From Oscillospiraceae bacterium (GTDB taxonomy: Bacteria; Bacillota; Clostridia; Oscillospirales; CAG-272), in contig SVSG01000001.1 in the NCBI GenBank assembly GCA_015064415.1, positions 76,206 through 140,205 of the forward strand: DNA of 64,000 bases. Direction: 5' to 3'. The notes beneath the pieces were generated by a model. The model saw nothing but the letters and a program-made list of their open reading frames with translations. It did no database searches and was not told where the DNA came from. Position numbers and translations under genes: made by a program. The first letter of the stretch is position 1, and every line of letters begins with the position of its first letter. Positions 28,363 to 35,904 of the stretch are shown in pieces.

Positions 28363-28391
28363 ATTTTACCCTATTTTTTATAATTTGTAAA
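28363..28391 (-). promoter_or_regulatory. Candidate promoter of pyrH-frr
   Basis: Minus strand reads TTTACA (28391-28386), 17-nt spacer, TAAAAT (28368-28363), inside an AT-rich spacer. Confidence 0.5.
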
Positions 28392-28420
28392 GAGCATTAA
28401 AGAAAAAATATAAAAGAAAA

Positions 28421-28468
28421 AGAAAAAATGATAAAACCGCACCGCAAGCGGATGCCTGCGGTGCGGTT
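28421..28468 (-). terminator. Rho-independent terminator after tsf
   Basis: aaccgcaccgca/tgcggtgcggtt stem (28435-28468), followed on the minus strand by TTATCATTTTTTCT. Confidence 0.7.
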
Positions 28469-28493
28469 GGAAAGCAATATTTCAGAATTCAGA

Positions 28494-29423
28494 TTACTGC
28501 TTCACGCCGGAAAGCTTTGCGATCTCGGCTGCGTAGTCCTCTTCCTTCTTCTCGATGCCCTCGCCCTTTTCGTAGAGCACGAAGGAGCAGATCTTGATGT
28601 CGCCGCCAAGCTCCTTAGCGGTAGCAGCGGTGTATGCGCCAACGGACATGCTGTCTTCCTTCACGTAAGCCTGCTCAACAAGGCAAACACGCTCGTAGAA
28701 CTTGCCAAGACGGCCGGAAACGATCTTTTCGAGAATGGAGTCGGGCTTGTTAGCGTTCTTGGGATCGTTCTTCATCTGAGCAATCAGAACTGCCTTCTCC
28801 TCAGCAACTGCCTCAGCGGGAACGTCCTCGATGTTCACGTACTGGGGAGGATTGCCTGCAGCGATCTGCAGAGCGACGTTCTTTGCGTACTCGGCAAAGC
28901 CGTCCTTGTCAGCCACGTCGGTGCAGAACTTGACGATAACACCGGTGGAGCCAAAGCCGTGGATATAGGTGGAGGTCACGCCCTCAACGATCACGAAACG
29001 ACGAACGGAGATGTTCTCCTTGATGATAGCGATCTGCTCCACAAGGGTCTCCTGAACGGTGTTAGAGGTGCCGTTGAAGTTCATAGCCATCAGCTCAGCC
29101 ACGTTAGCGGGCTTGTTGGCAACGATGGTCTCAAGAAGCCCCGTCACGAATGCCTTGAAAGCGTCGCTCTTAGCGGCAAAGTCGGTCTCGGAGTTTACCT
29201 CGACCATTGCGGTCACGCCGTTCTTGGAGAGGATGTCAACACGGCCCTCAGCAGCGACACGGCCGGCCTTCTTCTCAGCGGTGGCAAGGCCCTTCTCACG
29301 AAGGATCTTGACTGCCTTCTCTACGTCGCCCTCAGCCTCAACGAGAGCCTTCTTGCAGTCCATCATGCCAAGACCGGTCTTTGCACGAAGAGCTGCTACG
29401 TCCTTTGCGGTAATATTAGCCAT
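28494..29423 (-). CDS. tsf: Translation elongation factor Ts
   Basis: Begins MANITAKDVAALRAKTGLGMMDCKKAL. Start set at ATG 29423; the track ORF extends 40 codons upstream into rpsB. Confidence 0.97.
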   Translation of the reverse strand: MANITAKDVAALRAKTGLGMMDCKKALVEAEGDVEKAVKILREKGLATAEKKAGRVAAEGRVDILSKNGVTAMVEVNSETDFAAKSDAFKAFVTGLLETIVANKPANVAELMAMNFNGTSNTVQETLVEQIAIIKENISVRRFVIVEGVTSTYIHGFGSTGVIVKFCTDVADKDGFAEYAKNVALQIAAGNPPQYVNIEDVPAEAVAEEKAVLIAQMKNDPKNANKPDSILEKIVSGRLGKFYERVCLVEQAYVKEDSMSVGAYTAATAKELGGDIKICSFVLYEKGEGIEKKEEDYAAEIAKLSGVKQ

Positions 29424-29448
29424 TGTTTTTATCTCCTTGTAACAAAAA

Positions 29449-30192
29449 TTACTCAGCGTCTGCCTCTGCAGCGGCCTCGGTTTCAGCGGCCTCAGCAGCA
29501 ACAGTGTCCTCGCCCTGCTTGCCCTCGATGACGGCGTCAGCAATAGCGGAGGAGATCAGCTTGATGGCGCGGATAGCGTCATCGTTGCCGGGGATGATAT
29601 AATCAGCATCGTCGGGATCGCAGTTGGTGTCAACGATAGCGATGACCGGAATGCCAAGCTTCTTGGCCTCAAGCACTGCGTTGTGCTCCTTGTGGGGGTC
29701 AACGATAAATACGGCAGAGGGGAGCTGCTCCATGGTCTTGATACCGCCGTAGCTCTTCTCAAGGTCGAAGATCTCCTTCTGCTTGCCGATTACTTCCTTC
29801 TTGGGGAGAAGGTCGAAGGTGCCCTCTTCCTGCATCTTGGTAAGGTTGTTGAGACGGGCGATGGACTTCTTGATGGTCTTGAAGTTGGTCATCATACCGC
29901 CGGGCCAACGTACGTTCACGTAGTACATGCCGCAACGGGTTGCCTCTTCCTTGATGGCCTCTGCGGCCTGCTTCTTGGTACCGACGAACAGGATGGTACC
30001 GTTGTTGGCAGCGAGGTCGCGAACGAAGTTGTAAGCTTCCTCAAACTTCTTCACCGTCTTCTGCAGATCGATAATGTAGATACCGTTGCGCTCGGTGAAG
30101 ATGTACTCCTGCATCTTGGGGTTCCATCTTCTGGTGTGATGTCCGAAATGGACGCCTGCTTCAAGCAGCTGCTTGATAGAAATAACTGACAT
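29449..30192 (-). CDS. rpsB: 30S ribosomal protein S2
   Basis: Begins [27 protein letters not shown]. Start set at ATG 30192, 8 nt after GGAGG. Confidence 0.97.
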   Translation of the reverse strand: MSVISIKQLLEAGVHFGHHTRRWNPKMQEYIFTERNGIYIIDLQKTVKKFEEAYNFVRDLAANNGTILFVGTKKQAAEAIKEEATRCGMYYVNVRWPGGMMTNFKTIKKSIARLNNLTKMQEEGTFDLLPKKEVIGKQKEIFDLEKSYGGIKTMEQLPSAVFIVDPHKEHNAVLEAKKLGIPVIAIVDTNCDPDDADYIIPGNDDAIRAIKLISSAIADAVIEGKQGEDTVAAEAAETEAAAEADAE

Positions 30193-30316
30193 TTTCATGT
30201 CCTCCTTTGGTTTTTTCCACCACGGGATCCGATGCAGAGACCGCACGGCGTGCGGCACCGACTGCACTTGTAATCACGTGTGTGAATTTTTGTCTTGCTT
30301 TGCGCAAGCGGGAATT

Positions 30317-30345
30317 ATTATAACATAAACGTGCACACAATGCAA
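30317..30345 (-). promoter_or_regulatory. Candidate promoter of rpsB-tsf
   Basis: Minus strand reads TTGCAT (30345-30340), 17-nt spacer ending in TATG, TATAAT (30322-30317). Confidence 0.55.
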
Positions 30346-30402
30346 TACCCTACGCACACGTTTACATTTTTTTTACATTTGAGAGTGCAATTCCCTGTTA
30401 AG

Positions 30403-30437
30403 CCTTGCCCCGCGCCCTTTTCGGGCGTGGGGCAAGG
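30403..30437 (-). terminator. 14-bp stem-loop 5 nt after the giant lipoprotein stop (no clear U-tract)
   Basis: ccttgccccgcgcc/ggcgtggggcaagg with one G-U pair. No T-run on either side, so it may be a weak terminator or an RNA-stability element. Confidence 0.35.
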
Positions 30438-30441
30438 AGGG

Positions 30442-33400
30442 TCAGGTGCGCTTCCAGTAATAAATTTCGTAGGTCGATCTCAGATAGGTTGCCGCGGTGG
30501 ATGCGTCGGACAGGTCGGCGGCAGGGATGGCCGTGCCGCTTGTAGCGGTGTCGGAGGAAGCGTACCACCAGCCGTTGGGGTTGGCAAAGGTGACGGAGGT
30601 CAACTTAGAGCAATCGCAGAACGCATACCGGCCGATGCTCGTCACGCTCGCGGGGATGGTGACAGAGGTCAGGTTAGAGCAATTCTCAAACGCAGAAGAG
30701 CCGATGCTCGTCACGCTCGCGGGGATGGTGACGGAAGTCAGGTTAGAGCAAAATCGGAACGCACCACCGCCGATGCTGGTCAGTTGGCTGTTTGCGCCAA
30801 ACTCCACCGTGGTCAGTTTAGAGCAACCGTAGAACGCATCATCGCCGATGCTCGTCACGCTCGCGGGGATGGTGACGGAGGTCAGAGAGCAACGGCAGAA
30901 CGCATCATTGCCGATGCTTGTCAGTTGGCTGTTTGCACCAAATGTAACCGTGGTCAGGTTAGAGCAATTCTCAAACGCAGAAGAGCCGATGCTCGTCACG
31001 CTCGCGGGGATGGTGACGGAGGTCAGGTTAGAGCAATAGTAGAACGCCCGATAGCCGATGCCGGTCAGTTGGCTGTTTGTGCCAAACTCCACCGCGGTCA
31101 GGCTAATGCAATTGTAGAACGCCTCATCGCCGATGCTCGTCACGCTCGCGGGGATGGTGACGGTGGTCAGTTTATAGCAATAGAAGAACGCAGAATCGCC
31201 GATGCTTGTCACGCTCGCGGGGATGGTGACGGAGGTCAACTGAGAGCAACCGCGGAACGCATAATCGCCGATGCTCGTCACGCTCGCGGGGATGGTGATA
31301 GAGGTCAGGCCGGTGCAACCGTTGAACGCATAGCTTTTAATGGCCGTAATGCCGCTTGGAATCTCCAACGCGGTGACCAATTGACCGTTCAAATACAAAT
31401 TCTTTGCATAATACAACGGATTGGCATAAGAGTCTCCGAATGTAATATTGCACCACGCCGCAAGATCACTGATGTAAACAGCGTTTAGGTTAAAGCAATA
31501 GAAGAACGCCTTATAGCCGATGCTCATCACGCTCGCGGGGATGGTGACGGAGGTCAGACTATCGCAATCGTAGAACGCATAAGCTTTAATGGCCGTAACA
31601 CCGCTTGGAATATCCAACGCGGTGACCAATTGACCGTTTAAATACAGATTCTCTGCATCATACAACGGATTGGCATAAAAGTTTTCGAATGTAATATTAC
31701 ACCACGCCGCAAGGTCACTGATGTAAACCGCGGTCAGGCCGGTGCAATTGTAGAACGCAGAATCGCCGATGCTTGTCACGCTCGCGGGGATGGTGACGGA
31801 GGTCAACTGAGAGCAACCGCGGAACGCATAATCGCCGATGCTCGTCACGCTCGCGGGGATGGTGATAGAGGTCAGGCCGGTGCAACCGTTGAACGCATAG
31901 CTTTTAATGGCCGTAATGCCGCTTGGAATCTCCAACGCGGTGACCAATTGACCGTTCAAATAAAAATTTTTTGCATACCACAACGGATTGGCATAAGAGT
32001 ATTCGAATGTAATATTACACCACGCCGCAAGGTCGGTGATGTAAACAGCGGTCAGGTTAGAGCAATAGTAGAACGCATCATCGCCGATGCTCGTCACGCT
32101 CGCGGGGATGGTGACGGAGGTCAACTTAGAGCAATCCTCGAACGCAGAATTGCCGATGCTCGTCACGGCAACGCCCTTGTAGGTGGCGGGGATGACAACC
32201 TCGGTAGTGGTGCCGGTATAATCGGTGACGGTATAGGTGCCTCCGCTTAAGGCAAATTTCAAACCGATCTCCACATAAGCGTGTGCGCACACGGTGCATA
32301 TATTTTGCGCGTTGTAGGTATGAGGGACCTTTTCATGCATATAGTTGCAGCCGCTATTCGAGCAACTACCCCAATGTCCGATCGCATCCTTTTCCCAAGT
32401 AGTGGCCGGGGCGTGCTTGCTTGCATCGATCGGGATCGCCTCGGTGACCTTGTGGGAGCAGGTCGTGCAGGTCTTATAATGGCTGCCCTCGGCCACGCAG
32501 GTGGGGGCAAGGTTCTCGACCCAGTTGCCGTAGCTGTGGGTAGTCTTGCTCAGCTGCACACCACAGCCCGTGCGGGTGCACACCTTCCAATGGTTTGTGC
32601 CGTCGGTCGTCCAAGTGGTGGCGGGGGCGTGGTTACTTGCGTCGATCGGGATCGCCTCGGTGACCTTGTGGGAGCAGGTCGTGCAGGTCTTGTAATGGCT
32701 TCCCTCGGCCACGCAGGTGGGGGCAAGGGTTTCGGTCCACGCGCCATAGGTGTGGGTAGTCTTGCTCAACTGCACGGTGCAGCCCGTGCGGGTGCACTTG
32801 TGCCAGTGCCCTGTTTCATCGCTTGTCCAATCTGCAGCCGGCGCGTGCTTGCTTGCGTCGATCGGGATCGCCTCGGTGACCTTGTGGGAGCAGGTCGTGC
32901 AGGTCTTATAATGGCTGCCCTCGGCCACACAGGTGGGGGCGAGGGTTTCGACCCAGTTGCCGTAGCTGTGGGTAGTCTTGCTCAACTGCACGGTGCAACC
33001 GTTATTGGTGCACTTGTGCCAGTGCCCTGTTGCATCCTTTTCCCAAGCAGTGGCCGGGGCGTGCTTGCTTGCGTCGATCGGGATCGCCTCGGTTTGTCTG
33101 TAAGCGCAGACCGTGCAATCTCTGTAATGGCTGCCCTCGGCCACGCAGGTGGGGGCGAGGGTCTCGACCCATTCACCGTAGGTGTGGGTAGTCTTGTTCA
33201 CTTGCGCAGTACAGCCCGTGCGGGTGCACTTGTGCCAGTGCCCTGTTGCATCCTTTTCCCAAGCAGTGGCCGGGGCGTGCTTGCTTGCGTCGATCGGGAT
33301 CGCCTCGGTCACCTTGTGGGAGCAGGTCGTGCAGATCTTATAATGGCTGCCCTCTGCCACACAGGTGGGGGCAAGGGTCTCGACCCAGTTGCCGTAGCTG

Positions 33401-35874
33401 TGGGTAGTCTTGCTCAGCTGCGCGGTGCAGCCGGTGCGGGTGCAGACCTTCCAATGGTGGGTACCGTCGGTCGTCCAAGTGGTGGCGGGGGCGTGATCAA
33501 GCTGCGGAATGGTGTGATGGGTGCGATCCAGCTCGTCACCGCAGACCTCACAGTAAATGGCCATATCATACGTGCCCATTACGGTACACTTGGGCTCCAC
33601 GCGGTTTTCCTCAACGGCGGCAAGGGGCACCGCGACGTTGCAGTGGCACTTATAGCCGTAGAACACACCGTTGATATAGACCTTGCCAAGCGCCTGCGCC
33701 CTCCACCAGGGGGAGCCGTTCCACGCGCCGTAGTTCGGCTCGGTCACGGTATCGGGATAGGTCACGCTTGTGAGGTAGGGCAGATAATTGTAGCTTTGAA
33801 AGCCGCGCACGGCGGTGGCACCCTCCTCGATGACAACAGCCACCAGCTTGGGGGTGTTTTTGTGCTCAAAGGGCTCAAACAGCCGCTCGGGCACCACGGC
33901 CTCGGGGGCAAGGGTCAGCGTAATACCCGCCCCCGCAATGCCCGCGTTGTAAAAAATGTAGTTTTCCCCGCCCATATCGCCCGCAAGGGTGCTGGCAAGG
34001 TAGACGGCGCGCAGGCTCTGGCACTCGTAAAAGGCGGAGTTGCCCCACAGCTGAATATTGCCAAGGATGCGCAGGGTCTGCAAACCGTCACAGTAGGAGA
34101 ATGCCGAATTGCCGATGCGGGTGATGCCCGCGTGCAGCTCTACGTTCACAAGACTGACGCAATACTGGAACGCGGCGTTGCCGATGGTGGTCAGCACCTC
34201 GGAAAAGGTAACGCTTTGCAGCGCCTCGGCATGGCGGAAGGACATATTGCCCAGGGTGGTGACGGTGTCGGGCATATCAAAGCACCGCAGCGCCTTGCAG
34301 TTATCAAAGGCCATGTTGTCAATGGTCAACAGCCCCTCGCTTACCGTAACGCTTTCCATGGCGGTGCAATAGGAAAAGGCGGAAATACCAATGATCTGCA
34401 CACCCTCTCTCACCGCGGCCGAGATCAGACCGGTGCAGTTTGCAAAGGTCTCCTCTCTGATCCATGTGACGCTGCCGGGTACAACGATCTCACCAAGGGC
34501 GGTGCAGTTTTTAAAGGCGCGCTCGCCAAGGTAAGAAACGCTGGTGGGCAGTTCTATCGCGGTAAGTGCCGTGCAGCCCATAAAGGCCTCGTCCTCGATG
34601 GTCTGGATGGTGTTGGGCAGAATGATCTTTTCCAGATCGGTGTTGCCCCTGAACGCCTCAGTGCCGATGGTGATCACGCGCAGACCGTCGTGCAATCGGG
34701 GGATCTCAACCTCGGTGAAATCGCCCACGATGCCGGTGACAACGTAAAAGCTGTAATCGGAGGTGGGGGTAAACAGCAGCACGTAGCCGTCATAAAAGGT
34801 TTCGCTGCCCTTTGTGCCGCAGACGCAGGAACGGTAATAGGTGGCGGGCGCGGTGGCGCTTGCGCCGGAGGCGAGATACGCCGCCGTTTTTACCTTACGG
34901 TCATAAACGTGTGCGCCCGTGGGCAACACGTCGCGCGTTTCGTCCGCACCGCAAGCGCAGGTGCGGGTCTCCACGCCCTTTGCCTGACAGGTGGCGGGTG
35001 TGGTGATGTTCCAATTGCCAAAGCTATGGGCGTTGGGGTTGATCGCTACGTCACGGCTTTCGGTCTTGCCGCAGGTGCAGGTGCGGGTCTCCTCGCCTTT
35101 TGCCTGACAGGTGGCGGGTGTGGTTGTGCCCCATTGACCCCAAGCAACGTGATTGCTCATATTCTTGGCAACGTCACGCGTTTCGTCCGCACCGCAAGCG
35201 CAGGAGCGGGTCTCCTCGCCCTTTGCTTGACAGGTGGCGGGTGTGGTGATGCCCCATTGACCCCAAGCAACGTGATTGCTCATATTCTTGGAAACGTCAC
35301 GTGTTTCGTCCGCACCGCAAGCGCAGGAGCGGGTCTCCACGCCCTTGGCCTGACAGGTGGCGGGTGTGATTGTGCCCCATTGACCCCAAGCAACGTGATT
35401 GCTCATATTCTTGGCAACGTCACGCGTTTCGTCCGCACCGCAAGCGCAGGTGCGGGTCTCCACGCCCTTTGCTTGACAGGTGGCGGGTGTGATTGTGCCC
35501 CAATTGCCAAAGGTATGGGCGTTGGGGTCGATCGCCACGTCGCGGCTTTTGGTCTCGCCACAAGCGCAGGTGCGGGTCTCCACGCCTTTTGTCGTACAGG
35601 TAGGTGCGGTGGTTTCTACCCATTCGCCAAAGCTGTGGGTATGCTCAGGCGTGGCGGGGGTATCGCCGCCGGGTGTGTCGGTGCCGCCGGGGGGCGTTAC
35701 AATATCAATGCCGTCTGTATAGCTCTCGTTACACTTGTCGCAAAGCGCGTTGTCGTCCGCATCGCGGTGCTGACAGACGGGGGCGGGAGTGGGCTCCTCC
35801 TCGCAGGCGGTCAGCGCAAGGGCGCAGACCAGGCACAGGAGGGCGGCCAGCAATATCAAAAATCGTTTTTTCAT
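30442..35874 (-). CDS. Giant surface lipoprotein (1,810 aa) with two BspA-type leucine-rich-repeat blocks and Cys/His-rich tandem modules
   Basis: Lipobox signal peptide MKKRFLILLAALLCLVCALALTAC. Repeated 23-aa units of the type SVTIPASVTSIGDxAFxxCxxLT. 41-aa and 72-aa Cys-rich repeats (listed separately below). Confidence 0.85.
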   Translation of the reverse strand: MKKRFLILLAALLCLVCALALTACEEEPTPAPVCQHRDADDNALCDKCNESYTDGIDIVTPPGGTDTPGGDTPATPEHTHSFGEWVETTAPTCTTKGVETRTCACGETKSRDVAIDPNAHTFGNWGTITPATCQAKGVETRTCACGADETRDVAKNMSNHVAWGQWGTITPATCQAKGVETRSCACGADETRDVSKNMSNHVAWGQWGITTPATCQAKGEETRSCACGADETRDVAKNMSNHVAWGQWGTTTPATCQAKGEETRTCTCGKTESRDVAINPNAHSFGNWNITTPATCQAKGVETRTCACGADETRDVLPTGAHVYDRKVKTAAYLASGASATAPATYYRSCVCGTKGSETFYDGYVLLFTPTSDYSFYVVTGIVGDFTEVEIPRLHDGLRVITIGTEAFRGNTDLEKIILPNTIQTIEDEAFMGCTALTAIELPTSVSYLGERAFKNCTALGEIVVPGSVTWIREETFANCTGLISAAVREGVQIIGISAFSYCTAMESVTVSEGLLTIDNMAFDNCKALRCFDMPDTVTTLGNMSFRHAEALQSVTFSEVLTTIGNAAFQYCVSLVNVELHAGITRIGNSAFSYCDGLQTLRILGNIQLWGNSAFYECQSLRAVYLASTLAGDMGGENYIFYNAGIAGAGITLTLAPEAVVPERLFEPFEHKNTPKLVAVVIEEGATAVRGFQSYNYLPYLTSVTYPDTVTEPNYGAWNGSPWWRAQALGKVYINGVFYGYKCHCNVAVPLAAVEENRVEPKCTVMGTYDMAIYCEVCGDELDRTHHTIPQLDHAPATTWTTDGTHHWKVCTRTGCTAQLSKTTHSYGNWVETLAPTCVAEGSHYKICTTCSHKVTEAIPIDASKHAPATAWEKDATGHWHKCTRTGCTAQVNKTTHTYGEWVETLAPTCVAEGSHYRDCTVCAYRQTEAIPIDASKHAPATAWEKDATGHWHKCTNNGCTVQLSKTTHSYGNWVETLAPTCVAEGSHYKTCTTCSHKVTEAIPIDASKHAPAADWTSDETGHWHKCTRTGCTVQLSKTTHTYGAWTETLAPTCVAEGSHYKTCTTCSHKVTEAIPIDASNHAPATTWTTDGTNHWKVCTRTGCGVQLSKTTHSYGNWVENLAPTCVAEGSHYKTCTTCSHKVTEAIPIDASKHAPATTWEKDAIGHWGSCSNSGCNYMHEKVPHTYNAQNICTVCAHAYVEIGLKFALSGGTYTVTDYTGTTTEVVIPATYKGVAVTSIGNSAFEDCSKLTSVTIPASVTSIGDDAFYYCSNLTAVYITDLAAWCNITFEYSYANPLWYAKNFYLNGQLVTALEIPSGITAIKSYAFNGCTGLTSITIPASVTSIGDYAFRGCSQLTSVTIPASVTSIGDSAFYNCTGLTAVYISDLAAWCNITFENFYANPLYDAENLYLNGQLVTALDIPSGVTAIKAYAFYDCDSLTSVTIPASVMSIGYKAFFYCFNLNAVYISDLAAWCNITFGDSYANPLYYAKNLYLNGQLVTALEIPSGITAIKSYAFNGCTGLTSITIPASVTSIGDYAFRGCSQLTSVTIPASVTSIGDSAFFYCYKLTTVTIPASVTSIGDEAFYNCISLTAVEFGTNSQLTGIGYRAFYYCSNLTSVTIPASVTSIGSSAFENCSNLTTVTFGANSQLTSIGNDAFCRCSLTSVTIPASVTSIGDDAFYGCSKLTTVEFGANSQLTSIGGGAFRFCSNLTSVTIPASVTSIGSSAFENCSNLTSVTIPASVTSIGRYAFCDCSKLTSVTFANPNGWWYASSDTATSGTAIPAADLSDASTAATYLRSTYEIYYWKRT
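31185..31394 (-). repeat. Copy A of a ~210-bp perfect direct repeat (partner at 31752-31961)
   Basis: Hand comparison found the two stretches identical base for base, with an offset of 567 bp (189 codons, in frame). Confidence 0.8.
31752..31961 (-). repeat. Copy B of the ~210-bp perfect direct repeat
   Basis: See copy A. Divergence begins at ...accgttcaaata|a versus |c. Confidence 0.8.
32275..33651 (-). repeat. 216-bp (72-aa) tandem Cys/His-rich modules, 5 full plus 2 partial
   Basis: The marker cgatcgggatcgcc recurs at 32427, 32643, 32859, 33075 and 33291 (exact 216-bp spacing). Protein units start with HAPAT at residues 794, 866, 938, 1010, 1082 and 1154. Confidence 0.85.
34000..34692 (-). 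repeat. LRR block 1 (more divergent BspA-type LRRs)
   Basis: Protein residues ~395-625 with units such as IGTEAFRGNTDLEKIILPNTIQTIEDEAFMGCTALTAIELP. Confidence 0.7.
34921..35643 (-). repeat. 123-bp (40-41 aa) tandem Cys-rich modules, 6 copies
   Basis: Units begin at residues 80, 120, 160, 201, 242 and 283 (H-x-F/A-G/W-x-W...PATCQAKGxETRxCACG). The DNA marker gtttcgtccgcaccgcaagcgcag is spaced 123 bp apart. Confidence 0.85.
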
Positions 35875-35904
35875 GGCCTTTCTCCTTTCAAAAGGATGAT
35901 TTTG

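Larger units (their letters stand above)
30580..32199 (-). repeat. LRR block 2: 69-bp (23-aa) periodic coding repeats
   Basis: The string gccgatgctcgtcacgctcgcggggatggtgacggaggtcag recurs with 69-bp phasing (protein residues ~1226-1765). Confidence 0.85.

Noticed and set aside
30295-31488. A 397-aa plus-strand ORF with a striking repeated HARGDGDGGQ(L/V)RA motif (an RGD-repeat look-alike).
   Set aside because: It is the antisense reading of the 69-bp LRR repeats (SVTIPASVTSIGD). Its periodicity is inherited from the sense strand.
30580-32199. Regular 69-bp repeat/spacer-like periodicity that a CRISPR finder might flag.
   Set aside because: The units are in frame within one long ORF, and the supposed spacers also follow the LRR consensus. 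No leader or cas genes are present in the window.
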